A stretch of 64,000 bases of DNA. It comes from Octopus vulgaris (lineage: Eukaryota). This document shows positions 25,916 through 38,657 of this stretch, piece after piece. Location of the stretch: contig OX597826.1 of the NCBI GenBank assembly GCA_951406725.2, forward strand, positions 1 to 64,000, read 5' to 3'. Below the pieces are notes generated by a model that did no database searches, had not been told where the DNA came from, and saw only the letters and a list, made by a program, of their open reading frames with translations. The translations under genes were made by a program, and so were the position numbers. Each line of letters begins with the position of its first letter. Position 1 is the first letter of the stretch.

Positions 25916-26561
25916 GTGGAGTATCATTCTCCAGTCAAATAATAATTTCTTACTTACTTCTTTCACTCTGCAGGACCAATATTCAATAAAAATTTCAATA
26001 AAAAACTGAATCTCGCGCCATTGAAATCATTCAGACGACAATCCCACAATGCTTTGCGAAAAGTCAGACACCAATTTTCAGCCGCCATAGTTCCGTATTT
26101 CCTTGGTGATAAATTAATTTGTAATTCCTTTTTTGTGTCTGCCAAAAATCCCCGTTTTCGGAAAATTGCCAAAAATCGGCATTGTGAAACTTTGTCCCCG
26201 CCTTTCCCCACCCAACTTCTTCAGTTTTGACTTTTTTCCCACATGTTGACTGCGGCTATGCTGGAGCACCGCCTTTAGTCGAAACAAATCGATCCCAGGA
26301 CTTATTCCTTGTAAGCCTAGTACTTATTCCATCGGTCACTTTTTGCCAAGGCGCTCAGCTTCGTTGACATAAACACACCGACATCAGTTGTCAAGCGAAT
26401 GTGGGGGGGGGGTGACTAGCACACACGCACACTCACACATAAAGATTTCCATATAAGAGATTTGACTGCTGTTTCTAGCATATCCAGATTTCACTGCATT
26501 TTTTAGCAGTCCACCCTCCTGGAAAATTAATAAAACCAGTCGTGTGTATGTGTATATATAT

Positions 26562-26855
26562 GAGTGGCTGTGTGGTAAGTAGCTTGCTTACGAACCACAT
26601 GGTTCCGGGTTCTATCCCACTGCATGGTACCTTGGGCAAGTATCTTCTACTATAGTCTTGTGAGTGGATTTGGTAGACGGAAACTGAAGAAGCCCGTCGT
26701 ATTATATATATATATATATATATGTGTGTGCGTGTGTGTGTGAGTGTGCGTTGTGTTTACGGCAATAGAGACCGATAGAATAAGTACTAGGCTTACAAAG
26801 AATAAGTCCTGGGGTCGATTTGCTCGACCAAAGTCGGTGCTCCAGCAAAAAAGAG
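26562..26855 (+). mobile_element. tRNA-derived SINE, internally deleted
   Basis: GAGTGGCTGTGTGGTAAGTAGCTTGCTTACGAACCACATGGTTCCGGGTTC head plus the family 3' tail. Confidence 0.8.
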
Positions 26856-27600
26856 AGAAAAACACGTTTTCACTCTCTAAATATCGACTTCTTTCATAAA
26901 CAACTAAGTTGATTTGTTATTGGGCTCCTAGACTGAACAATTGCATGATCTTGTATGGATCTGAGAGTAATTTGACTGCTATTTCTAGCCACCCCACGTT
27001 AGCCTTGTTAATCATGTGAACGTCTAAAGAACTGAACGTTATTTTAAAAGTTGACAAACCAAATTCTAGTCAAGAACTCGTTTAAAAATTGCTGAGTCTT
27101 AACAGAAACCATTAACATTTGAAGTAATAGACTTATTTTTAAAGGTGTGTGTGTGTGTGTAGGTGAGTGGTAGAAAAAGGTCTCTTGTTTAAGAATCAAT
27201 ATATTTATCCCTATACATCATAATTGACACAAAACTTAAGAAGATAAATGGTTTGACAATAATATTAATAAATTCTTACTTTTTCGGTGGAGGATAAACA
27301 GCAACTTCGAGAATTTATGACTGGAAATTCTTCTGTTGAATTCTTTCACAATTCTTAGAAGCAGGACAAACATCTTTCAGTGATTTATCAATAAAAACAA
27401 AAACTAACTTTTGGATATTTTCACGGCAGTCGATATTCACTTCTCTCAGATACAGAAAACTGTTTGTTAACAAACGTTACTCATCGAAATCCATTTTAAG
27501 TAATATGTATTCATAAAAGCACTAACTTATAAACAATTTTCAGTGAAAAAACAAGACAAATATTTCCAGATTGAAGAGAAATAAAAGTTCCAAATGGAAG

Positions 27601-27620
27601 AGAACATTCCAGAACTTTCC
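27601..27620. promoter_or_regulatory. Perfect four-unit heat-shock element
   Basis: aGAAc aTTCc aGAAc tTTCc is four contiguous inverted nGAAn pentamers. Confidence 0.6.
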
Positions 27621-27657
27621 AGGAGAATTAGTTGTCAGGAGGAAAGTAGAAAAAGTG

Positions 27658-27665
27658 TGACGTCA
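27658..27665. promoter_or_regulatory. Palindromic CRE/ATF site
   Basis: TGACGTCA with a second half-site CGTCA about 10 bp downstream, ~40 bp from the HSE. Confidence 0.5.
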
Positions 27666-28037
27666 ATCTGGCGTCACTCGTGCACCTTCGTTTGTTTCCG
27701 TAGAATTTATCAAATTAAAAAAACGCAAAGTTAATATATTTTCTGAAATTGCAAATTATTTAGAATATAAAAAGGATATTTTCCTTTTGATAGACATAAT
27801 TCAACACAATTTCTATTTAACTAAACAATTTGAAACTTCGAATACTGGTAGAATGTGTCAAAAGAAAACATTTTCACTTGGCTGTCTATCAAAAGGAAAA
27901 GATCCCAATCTTGCTTATCCTTTGATATTGGAGTGCTATAATATTCAGCCATATCTATTTCACTGTCCCAAGTTTGATACTTCACTGCAGGGTACTATTA
28001 GCAAACAGTGATCTTTGTGCGTGCACTCGCGCATCCG

Positions 28038-28265
28038 CGCTAGCTAGTCATAAGTAGTCGATCCTACAACGACTTTTTAACCCTAAACCTAACCTTAGTT
28101 TGTTTATTAAATTTAATTTATTTACTTAGTTTAAATAATTATTTACTTTGAGTTTTATTTACTTTGTTCAAAAAATATTATCTAATTTTCTTTGATATGT
28201 ATTCAGCCTTGAAATACAATCATACGCGCAAGTCGTTGTAGGATCGACTACTTACCACTAGCTAG
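28038..28265. mobile_element. MITE/HINE-like foldback element
   Basis: ~35-bp inverted repeat (CTAGCTAGT..TAAGTAGTCGATCCTACAACGACTT at 28039-28075 and its complement at 28230-28265), internal TAACCCTAAACCTAACC, flanking 23-bp direct repeats at 27968 and 28268. Confidence 0.6.
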
Positions 28266-28296
28266 TGCCAAGTTTGATACATCACTGCAGTAATTG

Positions 28297-28985
28297 TTCA
28301 GTTTACGTGCGTAAAAATAGTAAAGGGTCATAACTAATTAAAATTAAAGGAACATAACTTATTTTTGATCATACAGTATACACACTTGATATCGCACCCA
28401 AAAGTGAATAAATGTCTTATTCTTGTCTAGTGAATTGCGCCATATGAATTCGTGCAAATAAGAAACAAAGCCTCTGAAGTTCCAAATTGATGGCGTAATT
28501 TGTGTTTCACAAGCATTCACATATTTTCTATATTTTGTGTGTGGACGTCTTCATTGGCAGGATGAACGAAATTCATGTGAGTGTACACCACTATCATTTA
28601 GAATCCCAATGTTATTGAATGATCACCAGCCATCACTTACTATGTGACTCCCTGGTAGAATCCATCGTTCAGTTAATGCTGTCAAAGTCTGCTCAGTACG
28701 ATCAGGCACTTCAACTAAGAGACATTTCTTCGAAACCCTTTCTATTCCGGCGAATACCCAATGGCCAGTGCGCCACTTACCGCGGTTATATTTTCGATGA
28801 AAAAAAAATTTACATTCATTTATCTCCACAACTACTAGTTATCCATTAGCATCAAAACCGCTAATTTCCATGCGATTTTGTTGGAGCCAAACATCGCATA
28901 TTTCACATTTTTCAAAAGTATGAGACATATTTTGGGGTATTAAGTTATGTTCCTTTCACATTTTACGCACGTAAACCGAATGGCC
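28297..28985 (-). mobile_element. Merlin (IS1016/IS1595-like) DNA transposon, internally deleted
   Basis: EINECKF..RKYNRG....HWVFAGIER...VEVPDRTEQTL...ILPGSHIVSDGW and downstream VHTQNIEN; TIRs TTCRGTTTACGTGCGTAAAA...AAAGGAACATAACTTA. Confidence 0.85.
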
Positions 28986-29639
28986 TTGATCAACTGTTGG
29001 TCAGTCTTGGTAATTATGTCAAAATAAGTATTGCTGTAAAAAAATCGTTTCAGCCCTTACAGTACACAATGCAAATAACGATACAAGTACCGATCTGCGA
29101 TCAATTTGTCTGCTGAAAGTATAAACCAAGGCAGCGGCTTTATGTTAGGCTCAGAGTTCTGGCTTCTTTTTCCTAACGAAACACAACATATCGAAACACC
29201 GGTGTCCCAGAATGGGAAAAATGGCTCTCCTCAACATACGCTTCAGCCAACAGCATATTTTAGGTCTGAACCTGCCTAAACGTGTTAATAAATATGCGAA
29301 TAATCATTATTAGGCGATACTTTCGTTTTAAGAAGTTTACATTACTTCTTAAAGCACGTGGATTTGTTTATGTTTCTGAGTAAGATCGTCGCTTTCAGTA
29401 AAAAATTTTTATGGTTAATATAAAGATCCCCACCTGGCAACAAAAAAAAAAAGAAAAGAAAAAAATTAACCAGCTTGAGGGGTGTTAGTAAGTATTGATA
29501 AGTATGGGGAAAACGAATTAAAAAAATGCGTGCTGACGACTTTAAGGGGAGGAGAGGAGACTTTCTGAAAATTCACAATATCCCATTTTTCCGTTCGTAA
29601 CTTAAAGTAAAATTGATATATATAAATATATATATATAA

Positions 29640-30135
29640 ATATATAAAAATACAAAAGGGGACAAGAACGCAGAACATCCAGAAGACTATACAAAAAGCA
29701 CGGACGGGTCATTCGAAGCCTTTAATCTTCAGTCAAGAACCGGATCATCGGCTGATTAATCTTGGGATTGCTCTAATCTGGCCATCCCCAAGGAAAAGAA
29801 TAGCTAAGAGCATTAGATTCATTGGAAAAAAAGCTTCGAATGTATAGGACACAAGGACGGAAAAACGGACGATGTTACACGAATATAAATACAAAAATAA
29901 TACGAAAAAATAATAATAATAATATCAGGACATCACAACAGGCGTCTTTCGACTAGAGACGAATTGAATTCAGCAGGCGTGTAAGGAATTGAGCCTTACG
30001 GCAGAGAAAGGAAATGTTGATGTTTCAGCGACCTCGGCCAGACACAGAAAGGCCAGTAGTCCGCCAAGCGGACACGTGAGAAGATAAGAGAGAGGAAAAG
30101 GGGAACAAAGGAATTAAGAAGGGGGAGAAGAGAGA
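29640..30135. repeat. Unclassified interspersed-repeat-like segment abutting the satellite
   Basis: More GC-rich block after (TA)n with internal inverted motif CATTCGAAGC / GCTTCGAATG; no ORF. Confidence 0.3.
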
Positions 30136-33100
30136 GAATAGAAAAGTGTGAACTGAGGAAGATTTGACTAATATTTCTACAAGTCAAGCAGCTATTTAGA
30201 GGATCTGACATTGTTCCATTAGAATAAAAAAAGTGTGATCTGAGGAAGATTTGACTGCTATTTCTAGCAGGTGAAGCAAATATTTAGAGTATCTGACATT
30301 AGTCCATTAGAATAGAAAACTCTGATCCCAGGAGGATTTGACTGCTATTTCTAGCAAGTCAAGCAAATATTTAGAGGTTCTGACATTGGTTCATTAGAAT
30401 AAAAAAAGTGGGATCTGAGGAAGATTTGATTGCTATTTCTAGCAGTTAAGCAATGATTTAATTGATCGGACATTGTTCCATTAGAATAGAAGAGTGTGAT
30501 CTGAAGGAGATTTGACTGCTATTTCTAGAACGTCAAGCAACTATTTAGAGGATCTAACATTGGTACCTTAGAATAGAAAAGTGTGATCTGAGGAAGATTT
30601 GACTGCTATTTCTAGCAAGTCAAGCAACTATTTTGAGGATCTGACATTAGTCCATTAGAATAGAAAAGCGTGAGCTGAGGAAGATTTGACTGCAATTTCT
30701 CGCAAGTCAAGCAACTATTTACAGGATCTGAAATTGGTCCACTAGTATAGAAAAGTGTGATCTGAAGGAGATTTGTCTGCTATTTCTAGCAAGTCAAGCA
30801 ACTATTTAGAGAATCTGACATTGTGCCTTTAGAATAGAAAAGTGTGATCTGAGGAAGGTTTGATTGCTATTTCTGGCAAATCAAGCAACTTATTCAGAGG
30901 ATAATAACATTGGTCAAATTAGTATAGAAAAGTATGATCTGATGGAGATGTGACTGCTATTTCTAGCAAGTCAAGCATCTATTATTAGGATTTGACATTG
31001 TTCCAATAGAATAGTAAAGTGTGAGCTGAGGAAGATTTCACTGCTACTTCTAGCAAGTAAATCAATTAGCATGAGCTGAGGAAGATTTGACTGTTATTTT
31101 TAGCAAGTCAAGAAACTTTAGAGGTTCTGACATTGGTCCATGAGAATAGAAAAGTGTGATCTGATTAAGATTTGACTGCTATTTCTATCAAGTCAAGAAA
31201 CTATTTAGAGAATTTGACATGTTCCGTTAGAATAGAAAAGTGTGATCTGATTAAGATTTGACAGTTATTTCTAGCAAGTCAAGCAAGTATTTAGAGGATG
31301 TGACATTGGTCAATTAGAATAGAAAAATGTGATCTGAGGAAGTATAGGCTGCTATTTCTATCAAGTTAAGCAAATATTTAGAGGATCTAACATTGGTCTA
31401 TTAGAATGGAAAAGTGTAATCTCAGGAAGATTTGTCTGCTCTTTCTAGCAAGTCAAGCACTATTAAGAGCATCTGACATTGGTCCATTAGAAGAGAAAAG
31501 TGTCATCTGAGGGAGATTTGACTGTTATTTCTACCAAGTCAAGCAACTATTTAGAAGATCTGAGATTGGTCCTTTAGAGCATCTGACATTGGTCTATTAA
31601 ATAGAAAAGTGTGATCTGAGGAAGATTTGTCTCCTCTTTCTAGCAAGTCAAGCAACTATTAAGATCATTTGACATTTGTCCATTAGAATAGAAAAGTTTG
31701 ATCTGAGGAAGATTTTATAGATATTTCTAGCAAGTCAAGGAACTATTTAGAGGATCTGACATTGTTCCATTAGAAAAGAAACGAGTGATCTGAGGAACAT
31801 TTGATGGCTATTTCTAGCAAATCAAGCTTTTATTTAGACGATCTGACATTCTTTCATTAGAATAGAAAAGTGTTGTCTGAGGTAGATTTGACTGCTACAT
31901 CTTGCAAAGAAAGCACATATTTAGAGGATCTGACATTTGTCGATTAGAATAGAAAATTGTGATCTGAGGGAGATTTGACAGCTATTTCTATCAAGTCTAG
32001 CAATTATTTTGAGGTCTTGACATTGTTCCATTAGAATAGAAACGTGTAATCTGAGTAAGATTTGATTGCTATTTCTAGCAAGTCAAGCTTTTATTTAGAC
32101 GATCTGACATTGTTCCATTAGAATAGAAAAGTATGATCTAGGGAAGACTTGACTGCTATTTCTAGCAAGTGAAGCAACTATTTAGAGGATCTGATATTGT
32201 TCTATAAGAATAGAAAAGTGTGATAATACGGAGATTTGACTAATATTTCTAGCAAGTCAAGGAACTATTTAGAGGATCTGACATTAGTCATTAGAATAGA
32301 AAAGCGTGAGCTGAGGAAGATTTGACTGTTATTTTTAGCAAGTTAAGAAACTATTTAGAGGCTCTGATATTGGTCCATGAGAATAGAAAAGTGTGATCTG
32401 ATTAAGATTTGACTGCTATTTCTAGCAAGTCAAGCAACTATTTAGAGGATTTGACATTGTTCCATTGGAATAGAAAAGTGTGATCTGAGAAAGATTTGAC
32501 TGTTATTTCTAGCAAATCAAGCAAGTATTTAGAGGATCTGATATTGGTTCATTAGAATAGAAAAATGTGATCTTAAGAAGGTTGACTTCTATTTTTTGCA
32601 AATCAAGCAACTATTTAGAGGTTGTGACAATGGCCCATAAGAATAGAAAAGTTTGATCCAAAGGAAGTTTTGACTGCTCTTTCTAGCAAGTGAAGGAACT
32701 ATTTAGAGAATCTGTCATTGGTCTTTTAGAATAGAAAAGTGTGATCTGAGGAAGATTTGTCTCCTCTTTCTAGAAAGTCAAGCAACTATTAAGAGCATGT
32801 GACATTGGTCATTAGAATAGAAATGTGTGATCTGAGGGAGATTTGACTGCTATTTCTAGCAAGTCAAGCTTTTATTTAGATGATCTGACATTGTTCCATT
32901 AGAATAGAAAAGTGTGATCTCAGGAAGATTTGACAGCTATATCTACCAAGGAAAGCAACTATTTAGATGATCTGACATTGGTCAATTAGTATAGAAAATT
33001 GTGATCTGAGGGAGATTCGACTGCTAATTCTAGCATGTCAAGCAACTATTTAGAGATCTTGACATTGTTCCATTAGAATAGAAGAGTGTAATCTGAGGAA

Positions 33101-34720
33101 GATTTGATTTCTACTTCTAGCAAGTGAAGCAAGGATTTAGAGGATCTGATGTTGTTCCATTAGAATAGAAAATTGTGATAATACGGAGATTTGACTACTA
33201 TTTCTATCAAGTCAAAGATCTATTTAGAGGATCTGACATTGGTCCATTAGAATAGAAAAGCGTGAGCTGAGGAAGATTTGCCTGTTATTTTTAGCAAGTT
33301 AAGGAACTATTTAGAGGCTCTGATATTGGTCCATGAGAATAGAAAAGTGTGATCTGATTATGATTTGACTACTATTTCTAGCAAGTCAAGCAACTATTTA
33401 GAGGATTTGACATTGTTCCATTGGAATAGAAAAGTGTGATCTGAGGAAGATTTGTCTCCTCTTTCTAGCAACTCAAGCAACTTTTAAGATCATCTGACAT
33501 TTGTTGATTAGAATGGAAAAGTTTGATCTGAGGAAGATTTTATAGATATATCTAGCAAGTCAAGGAACTATTTAGAGGATCTGACATTGTTCCATTAGAA
33601 AAGAAACGAGTGATCTGAGGAACATTTGATGGCTATTTCTAGCAAGTCAAGCTTTTATTTAGACGATCTGACATTCTTCCATTAGAGTAGAAAAGTGTGA
33701 TCTGAGGAAGGTTTCACTGCTATTTTTAGCAAGTCAAGCAACTATTTAGAGTAACTGGCATTGATCCATTAATACAGAAAAGTGTGATCTAAGGGAGATT
33801 TGACTGTTATTTCTAGCAAGTGAAGCTAATATTTAGAGGATTTGATATTGTTCCATTAAAATAGAAAAGTCTGATATAAGGAAGGTTTGACTCCTATTTC
33901 TGTCAAGTCTAGCAACTATTTAGAGGATCTGACATTGTTCAATTAGAATAGAAAAGTGTGATCTGATGAAGATTTGACTACTATTTCTAGCAAGTCTAGT
34001 AACTATTTAGAGGATCTGACATTGGTCCATTAGAGTAGAAAAGAGTGATATGATGAAGATTTGACAGCTATTTCTAGCAAGTCAAGCTTTTATTTAGACG
34101 ATCTGACATTCTCTCATTAGAATAGAAAAGTGTGGTCTGAGGAAGATTTGACTGCTACATCTTGCAAGGAAAGCAAATATTTAGAGGATCTGACATTTGT
34201 CGATTAGAATAGAAAATTGTGATCTGAAGGAGATTTGACTGCTATTTCTATCAAGTCTAGCAACTATTTAGATATCTTGACATTGTTCCATTAGAATAGA
34301 AAAGAGTAAGATTTGATTGCTATTTCTAGCAAGTCAAGCATCTATTATTAGGATCTGACATTGTTCTATTAAAATAGAAAAGTGTGATCTAAGGAAGACT
34401 TGACTGTTATTTCTAGCAAGTCAAGCTTTTATTTAGACGATCTGACATTGTTCCATTAGAATAAAAAAGTGTAATCTGATGAAGATTTGATCGCCATTTC
34501 TTGCAAGTGAAGCAACTATTTAGAGGATCTGATATTGGTCCATTAGAATAGAAAAGTGTGATCTTATAAAGGTTGACTGCTATTTCTTGCAAATCAAGCA
34601 ACTATTTAGAGGTCATGACAATGGTCCATAAGAATAGAAAAGTTTGATCGAAAGGAAATTTTGACTGCTCTTTCTAGCAAGTGATGGAACTATTTAGAGA
34701 ATCTGTCATTGGTCTTTTAG

Positions 34721-35118
34721 TTAGTTAGTTAGTTAATTTTTTGGCTCAAATAGCAAAAAGCAAGGCCATGTAGGGGGACAAGGAGTTATGTACAGGGTGG
34801 TGTTCATGTAAAGAGTTCAGGCCACTTGAGGTCAAGGGAGACTTTGAACCGAGCAGTCATCGGCATCTTCACCATCTCATCTGGCAGCTTATTCCACTGA
34901 TCCGCAACCCGGACGGAGAAAGCCCCTCTCCTTCAATTGAGATGAAATCGTCGCAGATAGAGCTTTTCGGAATGACCCCACGGCCGATGCTCTGGAGCAG
35001 GAGTGAAGAACAGCTCTTTCGAGAGGTTACACTTTCCGCTTATGATGTTGTGAGCAAGAATGAGATCTCCACGGCATTGTCATTTTTCTAGAGAATAAAG
35101 GTCGAGCGTCTTCAGCCT
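34721..35118 (-). mobile_element. Short 5'-truncated CR1 copy inserted in the satellite (same family as 12513-13518)
   Basis: Reverse complement of ~13119-13518 including the (TAAC)n tail; TTTAG at both junctions. Confidence 0.92.
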
Positions 35119-36540
35119 TTAGAATAAAAAAGTGTGATCTGAGGAAGATTTGTCTCCTCTTTCTAGAAATTCAAACAACTATTAAGAGCATGTGACATTG
35201 GTCATTAGAATAGAAATGTGTGATCTGAGGGAGATTTGACTGCTATTTCTAGCAAGTCAAGGAACTATTTAGAGGATCTCACATTGGTCTATTAGAATAG
35301 AAAAATGTCATCTAAAGGAAGTTTTGACTGCTATTTCTAGCAAAGCAAGCAACTATTTAGAGGATCTGACATTGGTCTATTAGAATAGAAAAGTGTGATC
35401 TGAGGAAGATTTGTCTCCTCTTTCTAGCAAGTCAAGCAACTATTAAGAGCATCTGACATTGGTCCATTAGAATAGAAAAGTGTGATATAAGGAAGATTTT
35501 CCTGTCAATTATAGCAAGTCAAGCAACTATTTAGAAGATCTTATATTGGTGCATTAGAATAGAAAAGTCTGATCTGAGGAAGATTTGATTGCTATTTCTA
35601 GCAACTCTAGCAACTATTTAGAATGTCTGACATTGTTCCATTAGAATAGAAGCGAGTGATGTGAGGAACATTTGATTGCTATTTCTCGCAATTGCAGCTT
35701 TAATTTAGAGGATCTGACATTGGTCTATTTGAATAGAAATGTGTGATCTGAGGGATATTTGACTGCTATTTCTTGCCAGACAACCAACTATTTAGAGGAT
35801 CTGACATTGGGCGACTAGTATAGAAAATTGTGATCTGAGGGAGATTTGACTGCTATTTCTAGCAAGTCTAGCAACTGTTTAGATGATCTGATATTGGTCC
35901 ATTAGAATAGAAAAGTGTGATCTGAAGGAGATTTGTCTGCTATTTTTAGAAAGTCAAGCAGCTATTTAGAGGATCTGACATTGTTCCATTAGGATAGTAA
36001 AGTGATCTGAGGAAGGTTTGATTGCTATTTCTAGCAAGTGAAGCAACTTATTTTGAGGATCTGACATTGGTCCATTAGTATAGAAACGTTTGATCTGATG
36101 GAGATTTGTCTGTTATTTTTTGCAAGTCAAGAAACTATTTAGAGGTTCTGACATTGTTCCATTAGAATCGAAGAATGTAATCTGAGGAGGATGTGATTTC
36201 TATTTCTAGCCAGTCAAGCAACTATTTAGAGGATCTGATATTGTTCTATTAGAATAAAAAAGTGTGATAATACTGAGATTTGACTACTATTACTAGTAAG
36301 TCAAGGATCTATTTAGAGGAGCTGACATTGGTCCATTAGAATAGAAAAACATGAGCTGGGGAAGATTTGACTGTTATTTTTAGGAAGTCAAGAAACTATT
36401 TAGAGGTTCTGACATCAGTCCATGAGAATAGAAAAGTGTGCTCTGATTAAGATTTGACTGCTATTTCTAGCAAGTCAAGCAACTATTTAGAGGATTTGAC
36501 ATTGTTCCATTAGAGTAGAAAAGTGTGATCAGAGGAACAT

Positions 36541-36961
36541 TTACTCTTTACTCTTTTACTCTTTTACTTGTTTCAGTCATTTGACTGCGGCCATGCTGGA
36601 GCACCGCCTTTAGTCGAGGAAATCGACCCCGGGACTTATTCTTTGTAAGCCCAGTACTTATTCTATCGGTCTCTTTTTGCCGAACTGCTAAGTGACGGGG
36701 ACGTAAGCACACCAGCATCGGTTGTCAAGCAATGCTAGGGGTACAAACACAGACACACAAACACACACACATACATACATATATATATATACACATATAT
36801 ACGACAGGCTTCTTTCAGTTTCCGTCTACCAAATCCACTCACAAGGCATTGGTCGGCCCGGGGCTATAGCAGAAGACACTTGCCCAAGATGCCACGCAGT
36901 GGGACTGAACCCAGAACCATGTAGTTGGTTAGCAAGCTACTTACCACACAGCCACTCCTGC
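36541..36961 (-). mobile_element. Full-length tRNA-derived SINE inserted in the satellite
   Basis: Complete head, body, microsatellite and tail ending in (AAAAGAGT)n; the satellite monomer resumes in register. Confidence 0.92.
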
Positions 36962-38005
36962 TTTGATAGCTATTTCTAGCAAGTCAAGCTTTTATTTAGA
37001 TTCCATTAGAATAGAAAACTGTGATCTCAGGATGTTTTGACTGCTATTTCTAGCAAGTCAAGCAACTATTTAGTGGGTCTGACATTGGTCTATTGGAATA
37101 GAAAAGAGTGATCTGAAAAAGATTTGTTTCCTCTCTCTAGCAAGTCAAGCAACTATTAAGAGCTCGTGACATTGGTCGATTAGAACAGAAAAGTCTGATC
37201 TGAGGGAGAATTGACTGCTATTTCTAGCAAGTGAAGCAATTATTTTGCAGATCTGACATTGTTCCATTAGAGTAGAAAAGTGTGATCTAAGGAAGACTTG
37301 ACTGCTATTTCTTGTAAGTTAAGAAACTATTTAGTGGCTCTGGCATTGGTCCATAAGAATAGAAAAGTGTGATCTAATTAAGATATGACTGCTATTTCTA
37401 GCAAGTCAAGCAACTATTTAGAGGATTTAACATTGTTCCATTTGAATAGAAGTGTGATCTGAGGAAGATTTGACTGTTATTTCTAGCAAGTCAAGCTTCT
37501 ATTTAGACAATCTGACATTGGTCAATTAGAATAGAAAAATGTGATCTGAGGAAGATTTGTCTGCTCTTTCGAGCAAGTCAAGCACTATTAAGAGCATCTG
37601 ACATTTGTCCATTAGAATAGAAAAGTGTGATCTGAGGGAGATTTGACTGTTATTTCTACCAAGTTAAGCAACTATTTAAAGGATGTGACATTGGTCCATT
37701 AGAATAGAAAAGTGTGATCTGAGGAAGATTTTACAGTTATTTCTAGCAAGTCAAACAACTATTTAGAGGATGTGACATTGGTCCATTAGAATAGAAATGT
37801 GTGATAATACGGAGATTTGACTATTTCTAGCAAGTGAAGCTACTATTTAGAGGGTCTAAAATTGTTCCATTAGAATAGAAAAGCGCAATATGAGGAAGAT
37901 TTGACTGCTATATCTTGCAAGTCAAGTAATTATCTAGAAGATCTGACATTAGTCCATTAGTATAGAAAAGTGTGATCTGAGGAAGATTTGAATGCTATTT
38001 CTAGC

Positions 38006-38419
38006 AATCTGGTGACCCCATAGGTATATCAAAAAAGCTTCTAGTATCTTTCCTAGCCCATAATTTATTATTATAATTGAAGTTCTGATAATAAATTAAT
38101 ACCTACTAAATCAGTAGCCTGAGCAGAATCTGGTGACCCCATAGGTATATCAAAACAGTTTCTAGTATCTTTCTTAGCCCATAATTTATTATTATAATTG
38201 AAGTTCTGATAATAAATAAATACCTAGTAAATCATTAGCCTGAGCAGAATCTGATGCTCCCAAAGGTATATCTAAAAAGCTTCTAGTATCTTTCCTAGAT
38301 CATAATTTATCATTATAATTGAAGTTCTGATAATAAATACCTACTAAATCAGTATCCTGAGCAGAATCTGTTGCCCCCATAGTTATATCCCAAAAGTTTC
38401 TAGTATCTTTCCTAGCCCA
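38006..38419. repeat. ~121-bp minisatellite, ~3.4 copies
   Basis: Unit starts AATCTG at 38006, 38127, 38248 and 38365. Confidence 0.92.
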
Positions 38420-38542
38420 AGGTGATAAAGGTGGTGCTCCAGCATGGCCACAGTCAAATGACTGAAACAAGTAAAAGAGTATAAAGACTATATATATATG
38501 TTATTCGCCCTAGTTGGTTTGAGTACAACTTGCTCCATGAAT

Positions 38543-38608
<66 letters not shown>

Positions 38609-38657
38609 TATATATACACATATATATATATATACATACACATATATATATATATAT

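Larger units (their letters stand above)
30136..38006. repeat. 87-bp satellite array, roughly 80 diverged monomers
   Basis: Consensus AGAATAGAAAAGTGTGATCTGAGGAAGATTTGACTGCTATTTCTAGCAAGTCAAGCAACTATTTAGAGGATCTGACATTGGTCCATT; period checked at 30571/30658. Confidence 0.97.

Noticed and set aside
36880-36961. tRNA-like sequences (many copies)
   Set aside because: These are SINE heads continuing into SINE bodies, not standalone tRNA genes
30136-38006. CRISPR-like regular array
   Set aside because: The whole 87-bp unit is repeated with no unique spacers, there are no cas genes, and the context is eukaryotic
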